DNA of 64,000 bases. Source: Mobula hypostoma. Its lineage: Eukaryota. This document shows, in pieces, positions 24,528 to 38,405 of this stretch. Both the position numbers and the translations under genes were made by a program. Where the stretch lies: assembly GCF_963921235.1 (NCBI RefSeq), contig NC_086097.1, forward strand, positions 169,882,001 through 169,946,000. The letters run 5' to 3'. How positions within the stretch are numbered: the first letter of the stretch is position 1; each line of letters begins with the position of its first letter. The notes under the pieces are model-generated. The model did not search any database and had not been told where the DNA came from. It saw only the letters and a program-made list of their open reading frames with translations.

Positions 24528-25659
24528 CAGTTTGCAAAGATTTGGCATGGCATCTAAAATTTTGATAAACCTCTACTGATGTGTGATGGAGAGTATATTA
24601 ACTGGCTGCATCATGGCCTGGTATGGAAACAGCAATGCCCTTGAATAGAAAAACATACAAAATGTAGTGGATATGGCCCAGTCCGTCACGGGCAAAGCCC
24701 TTCCCACCACTGAGCACATCTACATGGAGTGTTGTTTCAGGAAAGCAGCATCCATCATCAGGGACCCGCACCACCTAGGATATGCTCTCTTCTAGCTGCT
24801 GCCATCAGGAAAGAGGTACAGGAGCCTCAGGACTCACACCACCAGGTTGAGGAATAGTTTTTACTCCTCAACCATCAGGCTCTTGAACCAAAGGGGATAA
24901 CTTCCCTCAACCTCACTTGCTCCATCACTGAACTGTTCTTACAAGCTATGGACTCACTTTCAAGGACTCTTCATCTCATGTTCTCAATATTTATTGCTTA
25001 TTTATTCGTTACCATTGGTTATTTCATTTTGCATTTGCAGTTTTTTTGTTTTTTGCACTCTGGTTGTCCACCCTGTCAAGTGTGGTCTTTTATTGACTCT
25101 ATCATGGCTATTGGATTTAGTGAGTATGCCTGCAAGAAAACAATCTCAGGGTTGTATATGATGACATATATATTTTGATAATGGATTTACTTTGAACTTG
25201 GAAGTAGTTTGGCACCATATTATAGAACATAGAACATTACATTTTGGACTGAAGGGTCTATATTATTCTACGAGCTATGTTGTGTTATGTTAAGGTGCGA
25301 TGTGAGTCCTCCCTGGAGCCCTGCTCGGTATTTGTCACTCATACACCACCACTGAAACAGATAGTTTGGTCTTTATCACAATGTTCTGACTTGCCTAAAT
25401 CTTGTTGGTCTTCCAGCACAGTGCGATGTCTGGAAGGGAACGCTGCTGGCTGGCAGGAGTACATGCTCGGGAACCTCTGTGTCTTGGTGACGCCCATGCT
25501 CAGGCTCTGTGGGGAAGGACCACAGCCTTGGCTCCTCTTGCTGCTGGACATGGGAGCGCTGAGATCAGTGAGGAAGTACCTTAAACACTGAAAGGGTGTA
25601 TCATCCCAGGGGAAGGGAGTCATATGAGTGCAATGGTTAAAAAAAAATAAGTTAACTCT

Positions 25660-27375
25660 AAGACCATAAGATTATAAGATATAAGAGCAGAATTAAACCA
25701 ATCAGCCCATTCTGTCTGCTCTGCCATTCCATCAGGGCTCATTTATTTTCCCTCTCACCATTCTCCTGTCTAGTCCCCATAACAATAGACATTAGGTGCA
25801 GGAGTAGGCCATTTGGCCCTTCGAGCCAGCACCACCATTCACTGTGATCATGGCTGATCATCCACAATCAGTACCCCGTTCCTGCCTTCTCCTCATATCC
25901 CTTGACTCCGCTATCTCTAACAGCTCTATCTAACTCTCTCTTGAAAGAATCCAGAGAATTGGCCTCCACTGCCTTCTGAGGCAGAGCATTCCACAGATCC
26001 AAAATCCTCCATGTGAAAAAGTTTTTCCTCAACTCCATTCTAAATGGCCTACCCCTTATTCTTAAACTGTGGCCTTTGGTTCTGGACTTCCCCAACATCG
26101 GGAACATGTTTCCTGCCTCTAGTGTGTCCAATCCCTTAATAAACTTATATGTTTCAATTTGATCCCTTCTCATCCTTCTAAATTCCAGTGTATACAAGCC
26201 CAGTCGCTCCAATCTTTCAACATATAACATTCCCGCCATCCCTGGAATTAACCCAGCGAACCTACGCTGCACTCCCTCCATAGCAAGAATGTCCTTCCTC
26301 AAATTTGGAGACCAGAACTGCACGCAATACTCCAGGTGGGGTTTCACCAGGGCCTTGTACAACTGCAGAAGGACCTCTTTGCTTTAACCTTTGACACCCT
26401 TACTAGGAAAGAATTTATCAATCTTTTTAAATATTCCATTAACTTGGCTCCTGAAGCCACCTGTGGTAACAGATTCCACAGATTCACTACAGTCTGGCTA
26501 AATCAATTCTTCCTCATTTCTGTTCTAAATGGATGCCCTTGCATTCTGAGACTGTGCTGGACTCTCCTTCTATTAGAAACAACATCACCATGTTCCACTC
26601 TGTCTCGGCCTTTCAATTTTCAGTAGCTTTCATTGTGATCTGTCCTCAGTCAACCAGTGAGTACTGACCCAGGACCATCAAATGCTCCTCATTCATTAAC
26701 CCTTTCATTTCCAGTATCATTCTTGTAAACCTCATCTGGACACTCTCCAAAGCCAGCACACATTTTCTTAGACATGGGGTCTAAAACTGCTCGCAATACT
26801 CCAAATGTGGTCTGACTAATGTCTTATCAAGCTTTAGTGTTACAGTCTTGCTTTTGTATTTTAGTTCTCTCAAAATGAATACTAACATTGCATTTGACTT
26901 CTTTACTACTGACTCAACCTGCAAATTAGCCTTTTGGGAATCCTGTACTGGGACCCCAAATCCCTTTCCAAACTTGATCCCCATTTAGAAAATAGCCCAC
27001 AGCTTTATTTCTTCTACTGACGTGCATGACAATACACTTCCCTACACAGTACTCCATCTGCTACTTGTTGCCCATCCTCCTTATTTGTCCCCGTACTTCT
27101 GTGAACTCCCTGCTTCCTCAATACTACCTTCCTCTCCACTGATCCTTATATCATCTGCGAACTTGACAACAAAGAAATCTATTCCATCATCCAGGTCATT
27201 AACATATAAGTTGAAAGGACCGGGTCCAACACCGACCCCTGTGGAACACTAGTCACCAGCTGTCAAACAGAAATGGCCCTCTTGATTCCCACCCTCTGCA
27301 TTCTGCCAATCTTCTATCCATGCTCGTATTTTTTCTGTAGCATCACTGGCTCTTGTTTAGCAGCCACATATGTGG
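25660..27375 (-). mobile_element. CR1 LINE 3' portion (host of a nested CR1)
   Basis: VPQGSVL, KFADD and LVRPHLEYCEQF motifs on the minus strand. The tail at ~25660-25690 is separated from the body by the 25783-26384 insert. Confidence 0.82.
25783..26384 (-). mobile_element. Younger CR1 3' fragment nested in CR1
   Basis: ORF 25868-26362 is highly similar to 33119-33706. Confidence 0.88.
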
Positions 27376-28136
27376 CACTACTGAATGTAATGACAATGAA
27401 TGTAAACATTTTGCACCGTTTCTTCTTTTGTATATGTATTTTTTATAGAATAAATTTTAGAAATGTGAGATCTCACTGTGCGCTGCCTGCTACATCTGTA
27501 TCTGGAGCTCTCTCTCAATGTCTGGCATGGTCTGACTCTGCAGAAGTTACTATAGAGATGCGACTGCTTGCACTACTAGTCAGTGAGCTGGATTAAAAGT
27601 GCACCAACTCATCTAAATCGTCACAGTAAATTGGGAAGTTAGATTTCATATTTTAAATGTGTAATAATGGAGCCATCGGTGGAATGTTGTCATCATCAGG
27701 CAGGTGAGGGATTTGGACATTCCTGTCTGTGCTTCCATTCAGGAATGAGAATCCAAACTCTGATAATCATCAGCCCCCAACCCAGCATGAACACCACACC
27801 TGTATCTCCCCTCCTGGACTGTTGCAACAGGCAAGCCTGCAGCATGAGGCCTTAGTCCTTGTTACTACCGAGGACACACAGCTCCCCCACCATCCAACCC
27901 TCCAAGAAACCAGTAAACTGGACTTGCAGTATTTTACATTACCACCTTTGTGCACTGACTTTACACCTCCTTGTAGCGGGCAGCACCATGGTCTGCACCA
28001 TCCAGATCCTCTGCTATCGAGCAATGCACTGATGGGGTAGCCCGCAGTGCTTGAAGTTAAAAATATGTTTAATAAAGACAAAAACTCCTTAGGGTGGCCT
28101 TGGAGAGGCTGCTGTGTCTGACTGCATCACCACCTT

Positions 28137-29588
28137 CTCATCATCATCATCAGGTGCCGTGCCCAGTTCGAGCTTTGACTGCCATGGCCTACACACTCCT
28201 GTTTCAGGTCAAGTGGATCAATTCATTGGCCTTCATTTCCAGTTCTTGGGCTGCTGTCTCCATCATCATCTGTCTTTGTCTTCCTCTTGCTTTCTTCCCT
28301 TCAATCTTCCCCATAATTACTGTGTATTCTAACTCCTCTTTCCTGATCACATGTCCAATGAAATTACGTTGCCTTTTCACGATCTCATACGCTATTTCTC
28401 TTTTTGTGTTTGCTCTGTTCATGACATCCTCGTTAGATATTCATTTCGTCCATGATATTCTTTGCATCTTCCTCAAAAACCACATCTCTGCTGCTACAAT
28501 TCATTTCCTCATGTTATTAGATATTGCCCAACATTCTGAGCCATATAACATAACTGGATAAAGGTAACATTTCAGTACTCTGAGGCAGGTTGTTATGCCT
28601 AGTTTAGTATTGGTCAGTATACTCTTCATTCTCGTAAAGGTGTCTTTTGCCATCCCTATTCTTCTTCTGATGTCCATGTCGCACCTGCCATCTGATGTCA
28701 CCCAGCTTCCTAAGTAGCAAAAGTTCTGTACTTGTTTTATGTCTTCCCCATTTATTCTCAGCCTGCAGGTAGGATTCTCCTTCTTTTTGGATATCACCAT
28801 ACATTCTGTCTTTTTGAGATTGACAGATAGACCCATTTTTGCACTTTCTTCAACAACTATATCAATTAAGTTTTGTAGTTCTTCCTCCGTACTTGCAATT
28901 AACACAGTGTCATCTGCATATCTGAAATTATTGATGTTTTCACTGCCAACTTTGATTCCCAAGATGTCTCTTATTTTTGTAATATTGTTTCACTGTACAC
29001 ATTAAATAAATCAGGGGAGAAAACACACCCTTGTCTAACACCTCTCCTGATTTTTGTAAACTGAGTCACTTCTCCATCTATTCTTACAGTGGCAGTTTGT
29101 TCCCAATACAGATTTCTGATTAGGCGGAGAAGAGTTTTCTGTAATATTTCAAATAACTTATTGTGCTTCACTTTAACAAATGCTTTTGTGTAGTTGATAA
29201 ACCAAACAAATGTTTTTGCACTTGAATAGCTCGTTCTGATAGTATCCTTAACATCAATACTGCGTTTCTTGTTCCTTTGTCTTTTACAAAACCACATTGT
29301 TCTTTACCTGTTTCAGCTTGTATCTTACTTTTAGCTCTTGTCATCAAAATTCTTATAAGTATCTTGTTGATATGACTCATTAAACTTATGGTCCTCTGTA
29401 ATTCACATTCTATTGCTCCAGGTTTCTTAGGAAGAGTGATAAAAGCTGATTTTTTTCATCTCTTTTGGTATTATTCCAGTCTCATAAATGTCATTGATTA
29501 AATCAGTAAGTTTTTCAATTCCATAATCTTCAAGGGTGATAATTTGTTCTATTACCAATTCATCAGGACCTGCTGCCTTTCCTTTCTT
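28137..29588 (-). mobile_element. RTE-clade LINE, 5'-truncated
   Basis: GVRQGCVFSPDLFN, INNFRYADDTVLIA, YPVMLYGSECW, (GAT)n tail. TSD CATCACCACCTT (28125-28136) / CATCACCATCTT (29589-29600). Confidence 0.92.
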
Positions 29589-30883
29589 CATCACCATCTT
29601 ACCACCTTTATATCTGTTTCACCTTTATCTTCATATCACCTTTAATATTGGTTAATAAAATACATTAAACATTGGCAGCTGTGCGATTGTTTTGGCAATT
29701 ACTCCACTCATTATTGCTCATATGTTTTCAAATCCCACTCCATCTGTTACTTATCTTGTCCCTAATCCAATAAGTGCAACTTCTATAGAGGCCAACAACA
29801 AATAGCAATGGCTCATCCCAAGCTCACAAGAACAAAGTAACCCTTGGCACAGCATGACATTACACACTAGGCCAAGCTTAACTCTGCTTGGAGACTCAAG
29901 AGTTGCTGGAATCTGCAGCCTCAAACAAGAAGCTGGAGGGCCTTGGTGGGTCAGCTAGCATCTGTGGGGAGAAATGGGCAGTTGATGTTTGGCTCGACAC
30001 CCTGTCACCTCAAGTGTCCATTTCCCTGTACAGGTGTTGCCTGACCTGTAAAGTTCCTCCAGCTTCTTGACTGTTAATTCATGGAACTTTGAAGATTTGC
30101 CAGTTTGTTTACTTCTGACTTTTCCTGTAAACCCATGGAGCTGTTGGTATTTTGTGGCCTTCTTTATAACTTACATACTTTAAAATTTCCTCTCTGACAA
30201 TGCTTCTAAGATCTGATCATGGAAACTAATACATGATGAAATAACAAATCTTTTTGTTCTATGTTTACCATTGTAACAGACTGATTTATTCAACGTGCAG
30301 TCGACTCCAGTGGCTAGAGTCACATTTCCTGACCCCCTAAAGTCTTACCATTCTAAGAGCATGATGGCATACTCTCCATTTAATGAGATGGAGTGCAGCT
30401 CCAATATAGAACACAGAACATGGACTTGTGCAGCACAGGATCATACTACATGGCCGACAATCTCTGTGTTGAACATATTGCCAAATTTAAATCTTTTCTG
30501 CTTGCATGTGATCCATATACTGTACCTCCATTCCCTGTATATTCATGTGTTTATCTAACTACTTCTTAAATGCCATGATTATATTTGTGCCCTCCTCTAT
30601 TCCTGGCAGCCCATTTCATGCATCTATCACCTTCTTGTGTTATATAAAACTTGTCCAGCACATCTCCTTTAAACTTTCCCCCTCACTTTAAGCACATGTC
30701 CTGTATTTGACACTTCTACCCTTGGAAAAGATTCTAAAGATTCTGACTCACTACCCTATCTACACCACTCATCTCTCTCAAAAAGCTTGATATAATCCAG
30801 AATAAAGTAGATTCCTTGATATTCACCCCTGTTCAAACACTAGGCATTCTTTCATAGAATTTTTTGAGGATGTAACTAGTAGA

Positions 30884-32017
30884 GTGGATAGGGGAGAACC
30901 AGTGGATGTGGTATATTTGGATTTTCAAAAGGCTTTTGACAAGGTCCCACACAGGAGATTAGTGTGCAAACTTAAAGCACATGGTATTGGGGGTAAGGTA
31001 TTGGTGTGGGTGGAGAATTGGTTAGCAGACAGGAAGCAAAGAGTGGGAATAAACGGGACCTTTTCAGAATGGCAGGCGGTGACTAGTGGGGTACCGCAAG
31101 GCTCAGTGCTGGGACCCCAGTTGTTTACAATATATATTAATGACTTGGATGAGGGAATTAAATGCAGCATCTCCAAGTTTGCGGATGACACGAAGCTGGG
31201 TGGCAGTGTTAGCAGTGAGGAGGATGCTAAGAGGATGCAGAGTGACTTGGATAGGTTGGGTGAGTGGGCAAACTCATGGCAGATGCAATTTAATGTGGAT
31301 AAATGTGAAGTTATCCACTTTGGCGGCAAAAATAGGAAAACAGATTATTATCTGAATGGTGGCCGATTAGGAAAAGGGGAGGTGCAACGAGACCTGGGTG
31401 TCATTATACACCAGTCATTGAAAGTGGGCATGCAGGTACAGCAGGCGGTGAAAAAGACGAATGGTATGCTGGCATTTATAGCGAGAGGATTCGAGTACAG
31501 GAGCAGGGAGGTACTACTGCAGTTGTACAAGGCCTTGGTGAGACCACACCTGGAGTATTGTGTGCAGTTTTGGTCCCCTAATCTGAGGAAAGACATCTTT
31601 GCCATAGAGGGAGTACAAAGAAGGTTCACCAGATTGATTCCTGGGATGGCAGGACTTTCATATGAAGAAAGACTGGATGAACTGGGCTTGTACTCGTTGG
31701 AATTTAGAAGATTGAGGGGGGATCTGATTGAAACGTATAAGATCCTAAAGGGATTGGACAGGCTAGATGCAGGAAGATTGTTCCCGATGTTGGGGAAGTC
31801 CAGAACGAGGGGTCCCAGTTTGAGGATAGAGGGGAAGCCTTTTAGGACCGAGATTAGGAAAAACTTCTTCACACAGAGAGTGGTGAATCTGTGGAATTCT
31901 CTGCCACAGGAAACTGTTGAGGCCAGTTCATTGGCTATGTTTAAGAGGGAGTTAGATATGGCCCTTGTGGCTACAGGGGTCAGGGGGTATGGAGGGAAGG
32001 CTGGGGCGGGGTTCTGA
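30884..32017 (+). CDS. Uninterrupted 377-aa C-terminal part of CR1 ORF2 reverse transcriptase (5'-truncated element ~30857-32120)
   Basis: YLDFQKAFDKVPH, SGVPQGSVLGP, SKFADDTK; (TTTCTATG)n tail at 32092-32120. It is a TE fragment and probably not translated. Confidence 0.9.
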   Translation: MDRGEPVDVVYLDFQKAFDKVPHRRLVCKLKAHGIGGKVLVWVENWLADRKQRVGINGTFSEWQAVTSGVPQGSVLGPQLFTIYINDLDEGIKCSISKFADDTKLGGSVSSEEDAKRMQSDLDRLGEWANSWQMQFNVDKCEVIHFGGKNRKTDYYLNGGRLGKGEVQRDLGVIIHQSLKVGMQVQQAVKKTNGMLAFIARGFEYRSREVLLQLYKALVRPHLEYCVQFWSPNLRKDIFAIEGVQRRFTRLIPGMAGLSYEERLDELGLYSLEFRRLRGDLIETYKILKGLDRLDAGRLFPMLGKSRTRGPSLRIEGKPFRTEIRKNFFTQRVVNLWNSLPQETVEASSLAMFKRELDMALVATGVRGYGGKAGAGF

Positions 32018-32614
32018 GTTGGATGATCAGCCATGATCATAATAAATGGCGGTGCAGGCTTGAAGGGCCGAATGGCCTACTCCTGCACCTATTTTCTATG
32101 TTTTCTATGTTTCTATGTTTCCCTCCATGACAAGTGCACTGTGGTTCCTTCTGTTGTAAGGTCAGATGTTTTACCATCCCGTCTGGGTTGTGTTAGGGTC
32201 ACCTGTCTCCAGACCTCATCACATTTTGGCCCAAAGAACAGAGTTCCTGAGATGAGGTGAGAGTGACTGCCTTTGACCATCAAAGTTTGAAGTAAATTTC
32301 TTATCAAAATAGTTTTCAGCATGGACTAGATGAGCCCAAGGACTTGTTTCTGTGCTGTACTTCTCTATTACTCTGTATGTCACCATATACAACCGAGATT
32401 CATTTTCTTGCAAGCATTCATGGTTGAACGAAGAAAATACCGTAAATCAATGAAAAACTACACACAAAGACTACTAAGCAACCACTAATCAAAAGAAGAT
32501 AAAACTGGCAAATACAAAAAACAAATAATATTTGTAAATGAATAGAGTAAATTAATAATATTGAGTGTGTGAGTTGTAGAGTCCTTGAAGTGAGGTGCAT
32601 AGGTTGTGTTCAGT

Positions 32615-33788
32615 GATAAAAGCCTTTGATAAAGTCCCACATAGGAGATTCGTGGGCATAATTAGGGTACATGGAATTGGGGACAGAGTACTGACATGGA
32701 TTGAAAATTGGCTGGCAGACAGGAAACAAAGAGTAGAGATTAACAGATCCCTTTCGGAATGGCAGGCGGTGACCAGTGGGTACCACAGGGTTCAGTGCTG
32801 GGACCGCAGCTGTTTACAATATACATTAATGATTTAGATGAAGGGATTAAAAGTAACGTTAGCAAATTTGCAGATGACACAAAGCTGGGTGGCAGTGTGA
32901 AATGTGAGGAGGATGTTATGAGAATGCAGGGTGACTTGGACAGGCTGGGTGAGTGGGCGGATGCATGGCAGATGCAGTTTAATGTGGATAAATGTGAGGT
33001 TATCCACTTTGGTGGTAAGAACAGGAAGGCAGATTATTATTTAAATGGAGTCAAGTTAGGAAAAGGGGAAGTACAATGAGATCCAGGTGTTCTTGTACAT
33101 CAGTCACTGAAAGCAAGCATGCAGGTTCAGCATGCAGTGAAGAAAGCTAATGGCAAGCTGGCCATCATAACAAGGGGAATTGAGTATAAGAGCAAAGAGG
33201 TCCTTCTGCAGCTGTACAGGGCCCTGGTGAGACCACACCTGGAGTATTGTGTGCAGTTTTGGTCTCCAAATTTGAGGAAGGATATTCTTGCTATTGAGGG
33301 AGTGCAGCGTAGGTTCACAAGGTTAATTCCCGGGATGGCGGGACTGTCATATGTTGAAAGATTGGAGCGACTGGGCTTGTATACGCTGGAATTTAGAAGG
33401 CTAAGAGGGGATCTGATTGAAACACATAAGATTATTAAGGGATTGGACACGCTGGAGGCAGGAAGCATGTTCCCACTGATGGGTGAGTCCAGAACCAGAG
33501 GCCACAGTTTAAGAATAAGGGGTAGGCCGTTTAGAACGGAGTTGAGGAAAAACTTTTTCACCCAGAGGGTGGTGGATATGTGGAATGCTCTGCCCCAGAG
33601 GGCAGTGGAGACCAAGTCTCTGGATGCTTTCAAAAAAGAGATGGATAGAGCTCTTACAGATAGCAGAATCGAAGGTTATGGGGATAAGGCAGGAACTGGA
33701 TACTGATTGTGGATGATCAGCCATGATCACAGTGAATGGCGGTGCTGGCTCGAAGGGCCAAATGGCCTACTGCTGCACCTATCGTCTA
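32615..33788 (+). mobile_element. CR1 LINE, 5'-truncated and frameshifted
   Basis: ORFs 32595-33706 carry RT motifs. TSD TTGTGTTCAGT (32604-32614) / TTGTGATCAGT (33789-33799). Confidence 0.9.
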
Positions 33789-34099
33789 TTGTGATCAGTT
33801 CAGGTACAGAAATATCAGGACTTGGACTGCTTCTTCCCTCAGGCTGTGTGATTAATGAACACCATGCCAAGACCAAGGTCTCATCCTAGGACAGCAAGCT
33901 GTTTACTGTATTTCTATTGTTTACCTGTCCTGCACATTACATGCATTTTGAATTATATTGTATTAACTTAACTACTGTAATATTTTGGTTTATGTGCCTG
34001 TGTGTGATGCGTGTTTTTTGGGCGCACCATGGTCTGAATGAATATATGTATAGTCAGATGACAATAAACTTGAACCTGCCTTTGAACTTCTTTTCCAAG

Positions 34100-35022
34100 A
34101 TTGTGTAGCCAAGTTTCCATCGAACTCAATATATAAGTTTGCTGATGACACCACAATTGTAGGCCGTATCTCGGGTAATGATGAGTTTGAGTACAAGAGA
34201 GGAAATTAAGAACCTGGTGGCATTGTGCGAAGGCAATAACCTATCCCTCAATGTCAGCAAGACGAAGGAATTGGTTGTTGACTTCAGAAGGAGTAGCGGA
34301 CCGCACGACCCCATTTACATCGGTGGTGCGTAAGTGGAACAGATCAAAAGCTTTAAGTTCCTCGGGGTCAATATCACAAATGACCTGACTTGGTCCAACC
34401 AAGCAGAGTCCACTGCCAAGAAGGCCCACCAGCGCCTTTACTTCCTGAGAAAGCTAAAGAAATTTGGCCTGTCCCCTAAAACCCTCACTAATTGTAGAAA
34501 GCATTCTTCTAGGGTGCATCACAACCTGGTATGGAAGTTGTCCTTTCCAAGACCGGAAGAAGCTGCAGAAGATCGTGAACACGGTGCAGCAAATCACACA
34601 AACCAATCTTCCGTCCTTGGACTCACCTTACACCGCACGCTGTCGGAACAGTGCTGTCAGGATAATCAAGGACACGACTCACCCAGCCAACACACTTTTC
34701 ATCCCTCTTCCCTCTGGGAGAAGGTTCAGGAGCTTGAAGACTCGTATGGCCAGATTTGGGAACAGCTTCTTTCCAACTGTGATAAGACTGCTGAACGGAT
34801 CCTGACCCGGATCTGGGCCGTAACTTCCAAATATCCGGACCTGCCTCTCGGTTTTTTTGCACTACCCTACTTTCCCTTTTCTATTTTCTATTCATGACTT
34901 ATAATTTAAATTTTTAATATTTATTATCGATTTGTACTCCAGAGAGCGCGAAGTGCAGAATCAAATATCGCTGTGATGATTGTACGTTCTAGTATCAATT
35001 GTTTGGCCACAATGAAGTAAAG
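34100..35022 (+). mobile_element. Rex1/Babar LINE 3' fragment
   Basis: KFADDTTIVG, FKFLGVNITNDLTWS, KKAHQRLYFLRKL, LPSGRRFRSL. Confidence 0.9.
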
Positions 35023-35024
35023 TT

Positions 35025-35650
35025 GAGTGAAATTATCTACGCTGGTTCAGGAGCCTGATAGTTGAAGTGTAATAACTGTTTCTAAGCCTGGCAGTGTGAA
35101 TCCTGAGGCTCCCTTACCTCCTTCCCAATGGCAACACCAAGAAGAGAGCATGGCCTGGTTGGTTGGGGTGCTTGATGATGGACGCTGCTGTCTTGTGGCA
35201 GCACTCCTTGTAGATGTGCACAATGGTGAGGAGGGCTTTACCTGTGATGGACTGGGTTGTGTCCACCACTTACTATAGCCTTTTCCATCCCTGGGCGTTG
35301 GTGTTTCCATACCAGGCCATTATGCCATCAGTTCAAAAACTCTCCACTGTGAATCTAAAGAGGTTTGTCAAAGAGTTTGGTGACATGCCAAGTCTATGCA
35401 AACTCCTAAGGAAGTAGAGTTGCTATTGTGTGTTCTTTGTGAAGACACTTATGTGCATTTACACAGATCCTCTGACATGGTAATGCATAAAAATTTAAAG
35501 CACCTGATTCCTCTAATGAGGACTGGCTCAAGGACTCCCAATTTCTTCGTCTTGTAGTCAATAATCAGCTTTTACTTTTGCTGACTTTGAGTGCGAGGTT
35601 GTGGCACCATTACAACATATTTTCAATTCTCCTTCCTATATTCACAGCAC
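35025..35650 (-). mobile_element. Rex1/Babar LINE fragment
   Basis: Reverse complement is homologous to 24540-24900. Confidence 0.75.
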
Positions 35651-36414
35651 TTGATGTCAATGGACATCAAAGGGGGTAAACACATTATTGTCTGGAGTCA
35701 AGCCTCATATCACAGTACTGGCCCTCATTACGTGAATTCCCAGTCCCAACCATCTTCAGCATTTTTATTAGTGACCTTCCTTCCATGATGGATCCAGGCT
35801 GTTTGTTGATGACTGCATGATCTTCAATAGTATTTGCATCTCTTCAGAGAAATGATCTCCTTATGATTACACGTAGCAAGTCCAGAGCAATGTACAAGCA
35901 ATGACTGATATCAGGACATAAGAGGTTTTGGGCAAGGACCACCTCCAATAAAAGTGCATCTGACCACCTACCCCTGAGGGTCAGGCACTATGATTCACTT
36001 TCTCACATTCAGGAGTATTTTACAGCATTTGCAGGTCACAGTTCAAGAGTGGGATGGAACCTTCTCGACTGGCCCGGACATGTGAGTGGATGAGTGTTAT
36101 TGGGGTTATAGTTGGGTTAGCAGCAGGGCTGGGTGTGAGTGGAGAGTGAATTGTTTGGGGGTTTTGAGGTGGTGTTGTAGTGGTGATGAAGGGGATGTTA
36201 GGGTAGAATGTTGAGTGCTTGGGAGCTTACACTGGACTGAGGGGGACTGGAGCAGGTGGCTTGTTTGGGCTGAGGATATCTTTGGGTGTTGGATTGCAGT
36301 AGCAGAATTGCTCCTCTTATGTTTGTTATTGTTATCACCCAAGGTTAGTAGCTTCACAGGTAATGGCCATTATGAACTGGAGCACATCCTCATTCCCACA
36401 GCCCGTTCCATTTA

Positions 36415-37651
36415 GACTGTAAGACATAGGAGCAGAATTAGGCCATTTGTCACATCGGGTCTGCTCTTCCATTCCATTGTGGCTGACTTATTATCCCTCT
36501 CAACCCCATTCTGCTGCCTTCTCCCCATAACCTTTAACTCCATGATTAATCAAGAAACTGTCAATCTCTGTCTTAAATATACCCAATGACCCAGCTTGCA
36601 CAGCTGTCTGTGGCAATGAATTTCACAGATTCACCATCCTCTGGATAAAGACATTTTACCTCATCTCTGTTCTAAACGGACATCCCTCAATTCTGAGGCT
36701 GTGCCCTTTGGTCCGAGACACCCCCGTTATAGAAACAACTTCTCCACATCCACTCTTTCTAGTCCTTTCAATATCTGATAGGTTTCAATGAGATCTCCCC
36801 TTCATTCTTTTAAACATCAGCAAATACAAGCTCAGTGCCATCAAATGCTCCTCGCATGTTAACTCTTTCATTCCTGGGATCAGTCTCATGAACCTCCTCT
36901 GGACCATCTCCAACACCAGCATATCTTTTCTTAGAAAAGGAGCCCAAAACTGCTCACAACGCTCAAAGTGCAGTCTGACCAATGCCTTGTACAGCCTCAG
37001 GTTTACATCCTTGCTTTTATATTCTAGTCCTCTTGAAATGAATGCTGACATTCCATTCGCCTTCCTCACCACTGGTTCAACCTGCAAATTAAACTTCAGT
37101 GAATCCAGCACGAGGGCTCCCAAGTCCCTCTGCACCTCTGATTTGTGAATTTTCTCCCACTTAGAAAATAGTTCACGCCTTTATTCCTTCTGTCAAAGTG
37201 TATGACCATGCACTTCCCTACATTATATTCCATCTGCCACTTTTTTGCCCATTCATCCAGTCTGTCCAAGTCCTTCTGCAGCCTCTACGCTTCCCCAACA
37301 CCACTTCCACCTATCTTCATATCGTCCGCAAACTTGGCCACAAAACCGTCAACTCCTTCATACAAATCATTGACATACAACGTGAAAAGAAGCAGTCTCA
37401 GTACCAAACCCTGTGGCACCCCACTAGTCACCGGTAGCCAACCAGAAAAGTCCCCTGTATTCCCACTCTTAGCTTCCTGCCAGTTAGCCAATCTTCTATC
37501 CATGCTAGCATTTTTCCTGTAATACCATAGCCTGTTACCTTATTAAGCAGCCTCATGTGCGGCACCTTGTTAAAATCCTTCTGAAAATCCAAGTAAACAA
37601 CATCCACTGACTCTCCTTTGTCTATCCTGCCTGTTATTTACTCAAGGAATT
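36415..37651 (-). mobile_element. CR1 LINE 3' part (split by L1)
   Basis: SGWLPVTSGVPQG, KFADD, LYKALVRLHF. Continues at 45506. Confidence 0.88.
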
Positions 37652-38405
37652 AAAAAGAAAATATTTATTTAATTTTTATTTATTACAAACAAAAAAAACA
37701 CAAAAAATACAGCACATCCACAAAAACCACAACCATAACAAAATCAAATTAAATATTGAGCAGCAAAAGGGAGAAAAATATAAAGGCAAAATAAACATAT
37801 ACAGCAGAGGTTCACCGCACCAAAAAACCTCAGTCCTCACCCCGTGAGAAAGTCCATTACAGGGCCCCATATCCTTTCAAAGATGACCCCTGGGTCCTCA
37901 TTACGTAGTCCCTGTCTCTCCAAATGTAAAGTATTTGTCAGGTCTCTCAGCCACAGATCGTACGTAGGCACAGAGTCCATTTTCCATATTTGCAGGATTA
38001 ACTTCTTAGCAATCACCATTCCAAATAGTACAGCCATTTTTCATATATATTGGCTGAAGATAGGGAGCGTGTTGCTCCAAGGATGGCTATGAGCGGGTCT
38101 GGTTCCTACCGCTTCCCAAAAGCCGCAGAGAAACAGTGAAAAATACTTTTCCGGTATGCATAAAGCTTACAACATGACCAGAATGAATGTGACAAGTTAC
38201 TGTTCATAGACTTACATCTATTACAAACTGGTGAAACATCAGGGTAGAAACTGTGCAACTTTTCTTTGGAATAATGGAGTCTATGTATCGTTTTAAACTG
38301 TATAAGTCGGTGTCTGACGTTGACCGAACAATCATGTATACTCTTTAAACACTCATCCCAGACCTTCACTGTCAGTTCTATACCCAATTCATCCACCCAT
38401 GCCAA

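Larger units (their letters stand above)
21945..25200 (+). mobile_element. Rex1/Babar LINE 3' portion hosting three nested insertions
   Basis: [11 protein letters not shown]...FKFADITT at 22000-22300. It resumes at ~23570 and ~24528 and runs to the 3' tail at ~25200. Confidence 0.82.

Noticed and set aside
30925..33633. Long antisense ORFs (134, 230 and 168 aa)
   Set aside because: They are shadows of CR1 RT coding sequence and recur opposite each copy.
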